Positions 16,543-26,560 of a stretch of DNA of 64,000 nt are shown here, piece by piece (the stretch's first letter is position 1; every line of letters starts with the position of its first letter). This DNA is from a bacterium (lineage in GTDB: Bacteria; Patescibacteriota; Doudnabacteria; UBA920): assembly GCA_021825655.1 (NCBI GenBank), contig JAKAGU010000004.1, positions 11,599 through 75,598 on the forward strand. Direction: 5' to 3'. Below the pieces are notes generated by a model. That model searched no databases. It saw nothing but the letters and a program-made list of their open reading frames with translations, and had not been told where the DNA came from. Position numbers and translations under genes: made by a program.

Positions 16543-19076
16543 ATGCGGTTTTGCAGCCAAATGTAAATGTTTTTTTCTTCGCGCTCAAGCCAGTCGGCGT
16601 TTGAAAGCACTTTTTCCAAAACCTGCCGGACTGTCCTTTGGGCGCCTAAAATTTTGTGTTGTTTAAAGAACTTTTCCAGCTCAACGGCTTTTTTACGGCT
16701 GGTAAACACTCCGGCCGCCTTAAGCAGGCGGCCCAGAAGGCCAAGCCCGTCGCCATACCTTTTAACCAGTTCCTGCCAATTCTGGCTGATAAACTTCCAA
16801 GCCAAATCCCGGCCAGCCGGGTTCTGAAGCACGGCAGCAATAATAAACGGCGCATCTTGGGCTCTTACCTGCCTGGATAAGGCAAAATCCAAAGTCAATT
16901 TTAACAAGCGAGCGTCGGTAAACTGGGCCAGAGATCTGCCTAAGCGGTCCTGTTCCTCATGGGAAGTGGCCGCCTTATATTTAGCCAGCAGGGTTGCGTG
17001 TACTTTCTTGCCGCCCATCCGGGCTGCCAGGCCATAAACCGCGCCTTTCAGGTTGGCGGGCAAAGGCCGCGAAGAATATAATTTGCTTTTCGCTTGGCTT
17101 AAGACTTTTTGGTCGCCGCTGGCGCCCAGCTGCGTCAGTACCAGACTGCGGAGCATGTGGCGGTGGTGGGTTTCGTTTTTGCCAGCGCTCCAGCCAAGCT
17201 TCTTGCCGATACCCGAAAACAGGCTCCGGCAAAACGCCAAATAACTTTCATAAGCCGCTGTGCCATACAGCAAGCTGCGCAGCCGCATTAAGCCGTCCGC
17301 CAGCTCCTCCCAGACAATCAGCTCTTCCTCGTTTTTATAAGCAAGTGCCAGTTCCAAAACTTTTGTTGCGGGCAGTTGGCCGCTTTCTGATAAGGCAAAG
17401 GCGTCCCGTATCAGGCCCAGCCGGTCAATCGCCGAAAGCCTTTTGGCGCTCACCAGGCGGCCTAGGGATTGAAGATAATCCGCCGGATAACTGACCCGGA
17501 GCAGAGACGTCTCGCCTAAATTAAACTTCAGCGGGGCCTTGGGTTTTGAAAAATTTTGGCTGCGTCTGGTTAACAGAACTTTGCTGCTGCCGTAAGCCAC
17601 AGGAACCTGCCAGAGCTGGGAATTTTTGGCAGCTTGCCTGGATAGCCGGCTAGAATAGAAACGCGCCTGGTCTAAGCGCAAATTTTTCGGCTGTTCTGTC
17701 AGTCGAAGCAGCGGATAACCCGGCTGTTTTGTCCAGGTGGCCATAATTTGCCGCACAGGCTTTTTAGAAGCTGCTTGCAGGGCCTGCCATAAATCCTCGG
17801 TACGGGTGTTTTTATAGGCGTGCTTTTTTAAATACCGCCTCAACCCTTCCCGAAAAGTCTTCTCCCCCAGATACTCGGCCAGCATGCGGATAACCGCCGA
17901 ACCTTTTGCGTAGGAAACTTCGTCGAAAATTTCGCTTATTTCCCCCGGGTGGCCCACCTCCACTTCCACGGGATGCGTATTTTCCAAAGCGTCCAAGCGT
18001 AGCGCCGCTGACATGCGGCCCGATACGTACTGCTCCCACATCCGCCATTCAGGAAACAGCGCATCCACGCATTTATACTCCATATAGCTCGCGAAACCTT
18101 CGTTGAGCCAAAGATGCGTCCACCAGTGCATGGTCACCAGGTTGCCAAACCACATATGGGCAATTTCATGCGCCACCACAATGGCGACCCACTGCCGCGT
18201 GGCCGCAGACGAACCGGCCTCGTCCACCAGTAACGCCGACTCCCGGTAAATGATGGCTCCCCAGTTTTCCATGGCCGCGGAAGCAAAATCCGGTATGGCA
18301 ATCATGTCCAAAACCGGCAGCGGGTAAGCAATGTCGAAATATTTTTCGTAAAAATCCAAGGCGCGGGTGGCGCAACCCAGCGCAAATTTTGCTTGGTGCT
18401 TTTTTTCGGGCGTGGTAAACACCCTGACCAGCACTCCCCGCTTGCTCCGCGCTTCAATATACTCCAGATTGCCAACCACAAACGCCAAAAGATAGGTGGA
18501 CATTTTTGGCGTAGGAGCGAACTCCACCACTTTGTAGCCGGCATCATGCTCGGCGATTTTTGCGGGCACGGTATTGGAGACAGCCATCAGTTGCTTGGGA
18601 ACAATCAGGGTGACGTCAAACACGGCCTTAGAAGCGGGCTCGTCAAAACAGGGAAAAGCTCGGCGCGCATCTGTGGCTTCGAACTGGGTTGTGGCTAAAT
18701 ATTTTTCTTTGCCTTCATGCAAGTAGCGACTGCGGTAAAAACCACGCATCTTATCGTTCAGCACCCCTTTAAACTTTATAGACAGTTCTGCTTTGCCCTT
18801 AGGCAAAGCGGCGCTAAACCGCAAGGCAACCGTTTCGTTCTTCTCGTTATACGCAATGTTTTTAGCTGTAAACCGGCGCTTACCGGAAACAAGCTGTGCG
18901 CTTAAAATATCCAGTTCTTTCGCGTGTAGGATTATTTGCTTGTCACTTTTTTTGAGCTTGAGGTAAATTGTTTCCTCACCCTGAAAGACAAACCCTTCCA
19001 AATCGGGCTTAAGCATAAGCCTGTAGCGTTCCGGGACAACATGGCCGGGCAAGCGGTGCTGGTTTTGCATATACAA
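16539..19076 (-). CDS. pepN: Aminopeptidase N (M1 family)
   Basis: GAMEN-type exopeptidase motif (SAAMENWG) and zinc motif HEIAHMWFGNLVT...WLNEGFA. 845 aa. Confidence 0.9.
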   Translation of the reverse strand: MYMQNQHRLPGHVVPERYRLMLKPDLEGFVFQGEETIYLKLKKSDKQIILHAKELDILSAQLVSGKRRFTAKNIAYNEKNETVALRFSAALPKGKAELSIKFKGVLNDKMRGFYRSRYLHEGKEKYLATTQFEATDARRAFPCFDEPASKAVFDVTLIVPKQLMAVSNTVPAKIAEHDAGYKVVEFAPTPKMSTYLLAFVVGNLEYIEARSKRGVLVRVFTTPEKKHQAKFALGCATRALDFYEKYFDIAYPLPVLDMIAIPDFASAAMENWGAIIYRESALLVDEAGSSAATRQWVAIVVAHEIAHMWFGNLVTMHWWTHLWLNEGFASYMEYKCVDALFPEWRMWEQYVSGRMSAALRLDALENTHPVEVEVGHPGEISEIFDEVSYAKGSAVIRMLAEYLGEKTFREGLRRYLKKHAYKNTRTEDLWQALQAASKKPVRQIMATWTKQPGYPLLRLTEQPKNLRLDQARFYSSRLSRQAAKNSQLWQVPVAYGSSKVLLTRRSQNFSKPKAPLKFNLGETSLLRVSYPADYLQSLGRLVSAKRLSAIDRLGLIRDAFALSESGQLPATKVLELALAYKNEEELIVWEELADGLMRLRSLLYGTAAYESYLAFCRSLFSGIGKKLGWSAGKNETHHRHMLRSLVLTQLGASGDQKVLSQAKSKLYSSRPLPANLKGAVYGLAARMGGKKVHATLLAKYKAATSHEEQDRLGRSLAQFTDARLLKLTLDFALSRQVRAQDAPFIIAAVLQNPAGRDLAWKFISQNWQELVKRYGDGLGLLGRLLKAAGVFTSRKKAVELEKFFKQHKILGAQRTVRQVLEKVLSNADWLEREEKNIYIWLQNRI

Positions 19077-19077
19077 T

Positions 19078-19872
19078 TTAAAAAAGTAAGTTTTTAGTTT
19101 CAGCCTCGGACAACCCCCCGGTTTTCATTAAAAATTTCTTGTCCGAGCCTTTGAAAAAATGGCTCTTATCAAACCCCAAAAGCTTAGCGGCCACTTCTAT
19201 GTCGGGCAGGTCCTTGCCTTCAATTTCCAGCCAAAACGGGACATTGTGGGTTTCAAAGGCCGGGCTTTCATTAAGCTCAACCAGCTGCCCGGTCTTTAGG
19301 CGGTAACTGGTCCGGAGTTTTTGGCGATGACTGTCCAGCTCTAAGCCCAATTCATTTTCTAAAAATTGGCGCAGCATAGTAGGGTCCTTAAGCTCTACTT
19401 CCACTTCGGGTTTTTCTTCAATGTACCCGTTTTCATCCAGCTTTTCCAAGCGGCGCTTGGCCGTAAAAATCCAGGTTCCGCCGTCATTGCGGATCCTGAC
19501 CGTGGTGTTGTCCATGTCAGGCGGAGAAACCAGCTCCAATTTATCCGCATTTTCGCTCACGCTGAAACCCAGCAAGGTGAAGGCGCTTATAACTGTGGGG
19601 TCTTTGGCTCCGCTGTCCGGACCTGAAAAAGCCTCCATGGCAACGGCGGTTTTCTTGCCTGGTTTAAAATTCTCCCCGGCCGTAAAACGCAAATCATCAA
19701 TCATCCGGGTTTTCTCCGCCAACTCCGCTTTTACTGCCTGCATCTGCGCGATAAAGTCGTCCCGGCTGCCTATGTACTTTATTTTGGTTTCCCGCTCGAC
19801 CGGAAAACCGCCTTCTTTTTCAAAAGACGGAAAACTTTTTTCCAAATGGTGCCCATGGATAAAATTTTGCAA
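19078..19872 (-). CDS. Hypothetical protein, possible CYTH-like (triphosphate tunnel metalloenzyme) domain
   Basis: ExExK-like motif near the N-terminus (VERETKIK) and later ExExE-like strands (EVEVELKD, WLEIEGKD). The assignment is weak. Confidence 0.3.
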   Translation of the reverse strand: MQNFIHGHHLEKSFPSFEKEGGFPVERETKIKYIGSRDDFIAQMQAVKAELAEKTRMIDDLRFTAGENFKPGKKTAVAMEAFSGPDSGAKDPTVISAFTLLGFSVSENADKLELVSPPDMDNTTVRIRNDGGTWIFTAKRRLEKLDENGYIEEKPEVEVELKDPTMLRQFLENELGLELDSHRQKLRTSYRLKTGQLVELNESPAFETHNVPFWLEIEGKDLPDIEVAAKLLGFDKSHFFKGSDKKFLMKTGGLSEAETKNLLF

Positions 19873-19877
19873 AACCT

Positions 19878-20207
19878 TTATTCCTTTTTTACTGCTTCCG
19901 GCGCAGCGCTTTCATGGGGATGCTCGTGCCCCTCATGGCTATGGTCATGAGGATGGGCGGCCTGGCGCTCTTTCTCCAGCTTGTCTATTGCCTGGTTAAT
20001 CTGTGTGCCGTATTCTTTAATTTTTTCCTGGCCGTTAACCAAAAATTCAGCAATCTGTTCGGGCTTGATGCTCAAAAGCATACCAAGGCCTATTACGTGG
20101 GCGCTGGTTGTCCAAAGGTTGCGGTCAGTAACTTCCTGGCGCATCATTAATTCGTAAAGCACTTTTTCTGTTTTGGTGGGTTCCTTTTTTTTGAAGTCGT
20201 TTGCCAT
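19878..20207 (-). CDS. Small hypothetical protein with a His-rich C-terminus
   Basis: 109 aa ending HPHDHSHEGHEHPHE, which suggests metal binding. No family recognised. Confidence 0.35.
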   Translation of the reverse strand: MANDFKKKEPTKTEKVLYELMMRQEVTDRNLWTTSAHVIGLGMLLSIKPEQIAEFLVNGQEKIKEYGTQINQAIDKLEKERQAAHPHDHSHEGHEHPHESAAPEAVKKE

Positions 20208-20225
20208 AATAGTCTGCTTTGTTAA

Positions 20226-20663
20226 TTATTCTTTATATTCGTCATAATGCCGTCCTTGTTTGATATTCCTAAGCGCCAGCCTAACTGGTGCAAACAGCGG
20301 CTCCGGGAGATCGTCCAGAGAAAACCAGCCGACTGCCTCAACTTTATCGGGTTCCATTGGCCGCGGGTCTCCGGAAAGGATATCGGCCAAAAATATAATG
20401 TCGACGTATTGTTTGCCGTTTTTCCACTGTTCATCCAAACAAGTCAAAAATTTCAAGTTTCCGACTTCAATCCCGAGTTCTTCCCGGGTTTCGCGCACAG
20501 CTGCCTGGGCCGGCGTTTCGCCAACTTCCACGTGCCCGCCCGCAGACCCCCACTGGCCGTCGCCTAACGCCTTTTTCTTCCTTTTTGCCAGCAGGGTCTT
20601 GCCGTCCTTGATTATAATAACGCCTGCACCCAAGCGGATTTGTTGCAAAGATTCCTTCCCCAT
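20226..20663 (-). CDS. NUDIX hydrolase
   Basis: Nudix box GGHVEVGETPAQAAVRETREELGIEV. Start taken at MGKESLQ (20663), 2 nt after the secA stop. The ORF-track GTG start at 20687 would overlap secA. Confidence 0.8.
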   Translation of the reverse strand: MGKESLQQIRLGAGVIIIKDGKTLLAKRKKKALGDGQWGSAGGHVEVGETPAQAAVRETREELGIEVGNLKFLTCLDEQWKNGKQYVDIIFLADILSGDPRPMEPDKVEAVGWFSLDDLPEPLFAPVRLALRNIKQGRHYDEYKE

Positions 20664-20665
20664 TT

Positions 20666-23350
20666 TTATGAGTTTACTCCGTGGCACTTCTTAAACTTTT
20701 TGCCGCTGCCGCATGGACAAGGGTCGTTCCGGCCGACATTTTCAAACAAAGCCGGGTCGATTGCGGCTTTACTGCCTGGACCGACGGGTTCCGCTTTTGG
20801 AGTTTGCGGCGCCGCGCTCACCTGGACCGAAACTTTAAAGATACTGTAAACAACCTGCTTGTTAATCTCCGCCGTCATGCGCTGGAACATGGAAAAGCCT
20901 TCCTTTTTGTATTCCACCAAAGGATCCCTTTGCCCGTAGCCTCTCAGCCGTACGCTATCCCGCAGATGGTCCATAGTATCCAAGTGCTCCATCCATAAAG
21001 TATCCAGTGCCTGCAAGGCCACGTATCTCTGGGCGCCTTCGAAAACTTCCTTGCCCATCTCCTTTTCTTTTACCTCCCAGTATTGTTCCGCGGCTTTGGC
21101 CAGGACGTCTGCGATTGCAAATTCAGCATTTGCGGCGTTTTCCCTGGCCTGTTTGACCTCGGCCACGATTTCTTTAGTCACAGGCAGAATCGTATTGGCC
21201 GCTTTGAGAATTTCATCAACCGGATCGCGTTTGTCACTGGTCTCTTCTTCGGGCAAATTCAGGTGAAAAGTCACTAGCTCGCCAAGTTCCTGCTTTACCA
21301 TTTCCAAAAATTCAGCTTTCAGGTCCACGCCCTGGCTTTCAGGCGTGCCTGCCAAATAGCGCCGCCGCCGCTTGTAGATAATATTCCGCTGGTGGTTAAG
21401 CACGTCATCGAACTCCAGCACATGCTTGCGGGTGTCGAAATTCAGGCCTTCAATTTTTTTCTGCGCCTGTTCAATGGATTTAGAAACCATACCGGCCGCT
21501 ATCGGCTGGTCGTCCGGCAAACCCAGCGTATTCATGAGGTTTTTCATGCGTTCGCCGCCGAATAGCCTCATGAGGTCGTCTTCCATGGAAACAAAAAACT
21601 GAGAGGAACCGGGGTCGCCCTGGCGCCCGGCACGGCCTCTGAGCTGGTTATCAATACGGCGGGATTCATGGCGCTCGGTACCCAAAATATGCAGGCCGCC
21701 CGCCTCCCGTACGGCTTTTGCCTCCTCCGGGTCAATGGGGTTGCCGCCCAGCAAAATATCCACGCCGCGGCCGGCAATGTTGGTTGCCAGCGTTATCGCC
21801 TTAAAGCGTCCGGCTTGCGAAATAATCTGGGCTTCGCGTTCATGGTTTTTTGCGTTTAAGATTTCAAACTGCAGGCCTTCTTTTTTCAATGACTCGGCCA
21901 ATAGTTCGTTTTTAGCGATGCTAACCGTGCCCACAAGCACGGGCTGTCCCTTTTTGTTGCGTTCCTTGACCTCAAGCGCAATGGCCCTGAATTTGGCCTC
22001 TTCGGTCTTATACACCATATCCGGCAAATCCTGCCTGACCATGGGCTTGTTGGTGGGAATTTGCTCGACTGTCAGCTTGTATATCTTAAAAAATTCTTCT
22101 TCTTCGGTCTTGGCCGTACCCGTCATGCCCGAAAGAAATGCGTACAAACGAAAAAGGTTCTGGAAAGTAATGGTGGCCAGAGTTTTGCTTTCTTGCTGGA
22201 TTTTTACGCTTTCTTTGGCTTCGATAGCCTGGTGTAGGCCTTCCGAATACCTGCGGCCAAACATCAGCCGGCCCGTAAACTCGTCGACAATCACAATCTC
22301 TCCTTCCCGCACCACGTAATCGCGGTCTTTTTTGAACAGCGTTTTGGCCCTCAGCGCCTGCTCAATATGGTGGATTGTTGTCACGCCTTTTGACGTGTCG
22401 TAAATATTGGGCACTTTCAGGATTTTTTCGATTTTGGTAATACCTTCGTCGCTCAGGCTCACCGCTTTGTGTTTTTCGTCGATTACGTAATCCTTTTCGT
22501 CTTCCAGCTGTTCCACCATGCGGGCAAATTCAGTATACTTTTCCGTTGGATCCATGTCCGGACTGGAAATAATCAAAGGCGTGCGGGCCTCGTCAATCAG
22601 AATGCTGTCCACTTCGTCCACAATGGCAAAGAACAAATCGCGCTGAACCATTTGGCTGGCGTGCTGCACCATGTTATCGCGCAAAAAATCAAAGCCAAAT
22701 TCGTTGTTCGTCCCATAAGTAATGTCAGCGGCGTACGCCTGGCGCCGGGAAATGGGGCGCATGTGTTTTACATCCATAACCAGGCCTTGAGTGGCGCCTT
22801 CCAGCTGTTCAATTTCGGAAGCTTCGGGCTGGTACGAGGAATCATACAAAAACGACTGTTCGTGCTGAATGGAAGCCACGGACAAGCCTAAATAATGGAA
22901 GATTGGGCCCATCAAGGAGGCCTGCCACCGGGCCAAGTAATCGTTGACCGTTACCAAGTGCGAACCTTTGCCCGCCAAGGCGTACAGCACCAAAGGCAGG
23001 GTAGCAGTCAAGGTTTTGCCCTCGCCGGTGCGCATTTCCGCAATATGGTTTTCGGCCAGCGCAAAACCGCCGGCAACCTGGACATCGTAATGGAACTGTC
23101 CGATAGCTCTTTTGGCGGCCTCCCGGGTAAGCGCAAAAACCCTCGGCGCAATTCGGCGCAATTCGGTCCGAATTTCATCGCGCTCGGTTTTTCCCGCGAA
23201 CTCGGAAATAAAATCCTGGATTTCTTTTTTAATGTCCTGTTCGCTCAAAAGCGAAACAGCGTCCTTAAACCCGTTAACTTCTTCCAATTCTTTTGACCAT
23301 CTGACCAGCGCAGACTTTTCACCGCTGAAAATTCTTGAAAGTATTGACAT
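20666..23350 (-). CDS. secA: Preprotein translocase ATPase SecA
   Basis: 894 aa, SecA motifs throughout (DEAD-like NBDs, preprotein cross-linking domain), and a C-terminal zinc finger CPCGSGKKFKKCHG. Confidence 0.95.
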   Translation of the reverse strand: MSILSRIFSGEKSALVRWSKELEEVNGFKDAVSLLSEQDIKKEIQDFISEFAGKTERDEIRTELRRIAPRVFALTREAAKRAIGQFHYDVQVAGGFALAENHIAEMRTGEGKTLTATLPLVLYALAGKGSHLVTVNDYLARWQASLMGPIFHYLGLSVASIQHEQSFLYDSSYQPEASEIEQLEGATQGLVMDVKHMRPISRRQAYAADITYGTNNEFGFDFLRDNMVQHASQMVQRDLFFAIVDEVDSILIDEARTPLIISSPDMDPTEKYTEFARMVEQLEDEKDYVIDEKHKAVSLSDEGITKIEKILKVPNIYDTSKGVTTIHHIEQALRAKTLFKKDRDYVVREGEIVIVDEFTGRLMFGRRYSEGLHQAIEAKESVKIQQESKTLATITFQNLFRLYAFLSGMTGTAKTEEEEFFKIYKLTVEQIPTNKPMVRQDLPDMVYKTEEAKFRAIALEVKERNKKGQPVLVGTVSIAKNELLAESLKKEGLQFEILNAKNHEREAQIISQAGRFKAITLATNIAGRGVDILLGGNPIDPEEAKAVREAGGLHILGTERHESRRIDNQLRGRAGRQGDPGSSQFFVSMEDDLMRLFGGERMKNLMNTLGLPDDQPIAAGMVSKSIEQAQKKIEGLNFDTRKHVLEFDDVLNHQRNIIYKRRRRYLAGTPESQGVDLKAEFLEMVKQELGELVTFHLNLPEEETSDKRDPVDEILKAANTILPVTKEIVAEVKQARENAANAEFAIADVLAKAAEQYWEVKEKEMGKEVFEGAQRYVALQALDTLWMEHLDTMDHLRDSVRLRGYGQRDPLVEYKKEGFSMFQRMTAEINKQVVYSIFKVSVQVSAAPQTPKAEPVGPGSKAAIDPALFENVGRNDPCPCGSGKKFKKCHGVNS

Positions 23351-23410
23351 GCTTATATTTATACAATTTTTCTGCTAATTTATGACACTTTATTATACCA
23401 GAACTTCGCA

Positions 23411-23450
23411 TAAAAACAAAGGCCGCCGGACACCTGCTGCCCGAGCGGCC
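23411..23450 (-). terminator. Rho-independent terminator after hpf
   Basis: The minus strand reads GGCCGCTCGGGCAGCAGGTGTCCGGCGGCC (GC-rich hairpin) followed by TTTGTTTTTAT. Confidence 0.55.
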
Positions 23451-23468
23451 GAAAGTTAAAATTTTTGA

Positions 23469-23810
23469 TTACATGCCCCGCTTCAGCCTGGAAGCGCTGC
23501 GGGCGGCGACTTTGCGCCTCGTCAGCTGTTTGTCCTTGGCTTTCATCAGCTGCTCTTTAATTTTTGGCAAAGCGATGTCGAAAGCGGCGTAAAAATCCGG
23601 GGCAAAACCTTCAGCATAAAATTTGCTGGGCAGGATATTTATTTCTGTGCGGAAAACATCCCCGGTTTTATGCTTTTTATCGATTTCCAGCTCAACATGA
23701 AGCTTGTACTCGGGCTTTAAAAACTTTTCCAAAGAACTTAGCTTTTCCTCTATAAAATTCTTAATGGAGGGGGTAAGCGTAGTATTTGTGGCTTTGATGT
23801 TGATTTTCAT
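23469..23810 (-). CDS. hpf: Ribosome hibernation promoting factor (short HPF/RaiA/YfiA form)
   Basis: 113 aa starting MKINIKATNTTLTPSIKNFIEEKLSSLEKF, typical of sigma-54 modulation / ribosomal S30AE family proteins. Confidence 0.8.
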   Translation of the reverse strand: MKINIKATNTTLTPSIKNFIEEKLSSLEKFLKPEYKLHVELEIDKKHKTGDVFRTEINILPSKFYAEGFAPDFYAAFDIALPKIKEQLMKAKDKQLTRRKVAARSASRLKRGM

Positions 23811-23874
23811 AAAAATTCCGTCTAAGTTTTAAATTATACTGGTAAAGCGTATATGCAGTTTAACATTTTCCGCT

Positions 23875-24963
23875 TCAAATTTCAACGCTTTTTAATTCTT
23901 CGGCCGTAAACCCCAGCAGGATGGGTTCTAAGTTAAGGTTCAGGCCCAATTTTTGCCTAACAACAGAAACCACTTCTCCCGCCAAATGCAGCACATCCGA
24001 AGCAGTGGCCAGGCCGGTTTCGTTAACTATCACCAAAGGCTGCGCATGGTTTATTTTTGCTCCGCCGTACTTTAAGTCCTTTAAACCGCAAAGCTCTATT
24101 AAAGCCGCGGCGGGCAGTTTTACCCTCCCCTCCCCGTCCGCAAACTTTTTTTTGTCTAAGCCTACGGCCTGGCCGGCCCCGAAAGCAGCCTCAACCTTAC
24201 TTAGCAACTCGGCATATTCCGTCTGGTTGAGCGACAAGTTTTTAAAAAACGAGCCGGCATTGCCATTTTTGGCCGCTTGGGGAAACGGGTATTTGGAATT
24301 CCGGATCTTTATTACAGCCTCACGGACTTCCTCCAAGCCTGGCAAGCGGCCCTTAAACCTTTCTTTTAAATCCCGATATTCTAAAATTGGCGCCGGCAGC
24401 AGGCTTAAGCGCAGGGTTAGATACAAAATTATGTAACGGCCTTTTTGGGAACTGTTGAAAATACTGCGCCGGTAAGCAAAGCCGCAGGAGGCGTTTTCAA
24501 TCTCTACAAGCGACTGGCTGGACGTGTCGTAAACAGCAACGGATTCCACCAGGCGCGATGCTTCCTGTCCGTATGCGCCGACGTTCTGCACTGCAATTGC
24601 GCCGCAGCTGCCCGGTATGTGGGAAAGATTTTCCGCTCCCCACCAGCCGCGCCCAACGGCCCAGCTTACCACCTGGTCCCAGTTTTCGCCCGAAGCCACC
24701 TTCAGCCACACTCCTGACTCGTCCTGTTTTATTTTTTCCTTGCCGAGCAGATTGATTTTTAAAACCAGCCCCTCAAAGCCCCGGTCGCTGACCAGTAAAT
24801 TACTGCCGCCGCCCAGCACAAAAACGGGCAACTGTCGAAGCTGGGCAAAATTTAAAGCTGTTTTTATTTCTTCCAAGCTGGAAGCTTCGCAAAACCAGCG
24901 GGACGGGCCGCCGATTTTAAACGTCGTATAAGGGGCTAAAGGTACGTTTTCAAGTATGTCCAT
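23875..24963 (-). CDS. murB: UDP-N-acetylenolpyruvoylglucosamine reductase MurB
   Basis: FAD-binding N-terminus FKIGGPSRWF...VLGGGSNLLVSD and C-terminal MurB domain. 362 aa. Confidence 0.85.
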   Translation of the reverse strand: MDILENVPLAPYTTFKIGGPSRWFCEASSLEEIKTALNFAQLRQLPVFVLGGGSNLLVSDRGFEGLVLKINLLGKEKIKQDESGVWLKVASGENWDQVVSWAVGRGWWGAENLSHIPGSCGAIAVQNVGAYGQEASRLVESVAVYDTSSQSLVEIENASCGFAYRRSIFNSSQKGRYIILYLTLRLSLLPAPILEYRDLKERFKGRLPGLEEVREAVIKIRNSKYPFPQAAKNGNAGSFFKNLSLNQTEYAELLSKVEAAFGAGQAVGLDKKKFADGEGRVKLPAAALIELCGLKDLKYGGAKINHAQPLVIVNETGLATASDVLHLAGEVVSVVRQKLGLNLNLEPILLGFTAEELKSVEI

Positions 24964-25110
24964 TTGATAAAAAATTACTGGAAAACCCCGGGAGCAGCAT
25001 TACCCGGCCGGACCGGTGTGCTCCCACGGCCCTTTAGCCAGCCAAAACCCCAGTAAAACAAGGCCGAAGCAACTATAAAAATTATCACTGCATAAACCCA
25101 AGTCCTGGCG

Positions 25111-26559
25111 TTAGACTGCATTTTTTGTCTCCTTTAGCTCGTAAGCCAGGCGGTTAAAATTACCGACGGCCATAACCACCACAACGTCGCCGGGCCGGAG
25201 CTCTGCTTTCAGAATTTTCAGCGCCTCGTCCTTATCCTTAACGAGCCGAATGGCTTCGGCCTTCTGTTCCATATGTTTTTTAATGGCACCAAGAACTTCC
25301 TCGGAAGTCACGCTGGCGTCTTTCACGCTTTCGCGAGCCGGGTATATCTCGGAAATCAGGACGCGGTCGGCCTCGTCAAAACTGCCAGCCAATTCTGGCA
25401 GCGTGGCTTTGGTTCGCGAAAAAGTGTGGGGTTCAAAAATTGCCCAAACCCGGCTGCCTGGGTACTTCAGCCGCGCGGCCGCCAGGGTTTCTTTTACAGC
25501 CGTTGGGTGATGGGCATAATCATCGATTAAAACCGCGCCATGACTGCTGCCCACCAGTTCAAACCGGCGCTTAATGCCGGCATATGAAAGCAGGTCCAGG
25601 GCAAAAGATTCGGGCTGAAAACCCAGCGCCCTCAGGCAGGCAACGCAGGCCAAGGCGTTATAGACATTCAGCTGGCCGGGAAGCTGGATCTGGTAGTCTT
25701 CAGTCAGGCCCAAAAGCTTGGCGGTTGCGTCCTTGCTTAGGCTGTTTTTAACTTTAAATTTCGTATACTCGGCGTACTCCACGGATTCAACCTGCAAGTC
25801 AGCGGAGTTTTCAATGCCAAAGCTGACGCTGGCCAAATCGGTTTCGTGCACCAACCTCGTAAGCCGCGCGTCATCGGCGTTATACACAACCAGGCCATCT
25901 TCAGGCAGGCCTGCCATTAACTGCCGGAACTCGTCCTCCAGCTCCTCCACGCTTGAAAAAACGTCCGGGTGGTCCAGCTCTAAATTGGTCAACACTAAAA
26001 TATCCGGCTTGTAGTACTGGAATTTAGGCGTTGGGTCGTCGAATTGCGCCTTATACTCATCACCCTCGAACACGGCGTAATGGCCATCACCTGCATAAAA
26101 ATTGCTTTGGTAATTCTGGAGCACGCCGCCCACAATATACGAGCTGTTGTCCTGATGCCTCAGCAGGTGGCCGAGAAGTCCTGCTGTAGTGCTTTTGCCA
26201 TGCGTGCCGGCCACAACAATGCGCAAGCTGTCTTTAAACATCTCATGCAGCAGCTCCGCAAAGCCGCAGCGCGCCAAACCCTGGCTCAAAATTTCTTTAA
26301 CTTCAGGATTGGCTTCGCTCTCGCCTGCTGAGAGCACATACAAGTCCGCTGCCGCAGCGCTGACATGAGCGGCGTCATAACCCAGATGATAGTTGATTTT
26401 AAGCTTGTCCAGCACGCTTTTTGCCGGGTCATAAACCGCCTGACTGTCGCTGCCGGAAACCTCATAACCCCTCTCTTTAGCCAGGCAGGCCACGGCAGAC
26501 ATGGCAATTCCGCCAATGCCTACGAAATATATGCTTTTTACGTCTTCTAAATTCTTCAT
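25111..26559 (-). CDS. murC: UDP-N-acetylmuramate--L-alanine ligase MurC
   Basis: N-terminal IYFVGIGGIAMSAVA and Mur-ligase P-loop GTHGKSTT. Confidence 0.85.
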   Translation of the reverse strand: MKNLEDVKSIYFVGIGGIAMSAVACLAKERGYEVSGSDSQAVYDPAKSVLDKLKINYHLGYDAAHVSAAAADLYVLSAGESEANPEVKEILSQGLARCGFAELLHEMFKDSLRIVVAGTHGKSTTAGLLGHLLRHQDNSSYIVGGVLQNYQSNFYAGDGHYAVFEGDEYKAQFDDPTPKFQYYKPDILVLTNLELDHPDVFSSVEELEDEFRQLMAGLPEDGLVVYNADDARLTRLVHETDLASVSFGIENSADLQVESVEYAEYTKFKVKNSLSKDATAKLLGLTEDYQIQLPGQLNVYNALACVACLRALGFQPESFALDLLSYAGIKRRFELVGSSHGAVLIDDYAHHPTAVKETLAAARLKYPGSRVWAIFEPHTFSRTKATLPELAGSFDEADRVLISEIYPARESVKDASVTSEEVLGAIKKHMEQKAEAIRLVKDKDEALKILKAELRPGDVVVVMAVGNFNRLAYELKETKNAV

Positions 26560-26560
26560 A

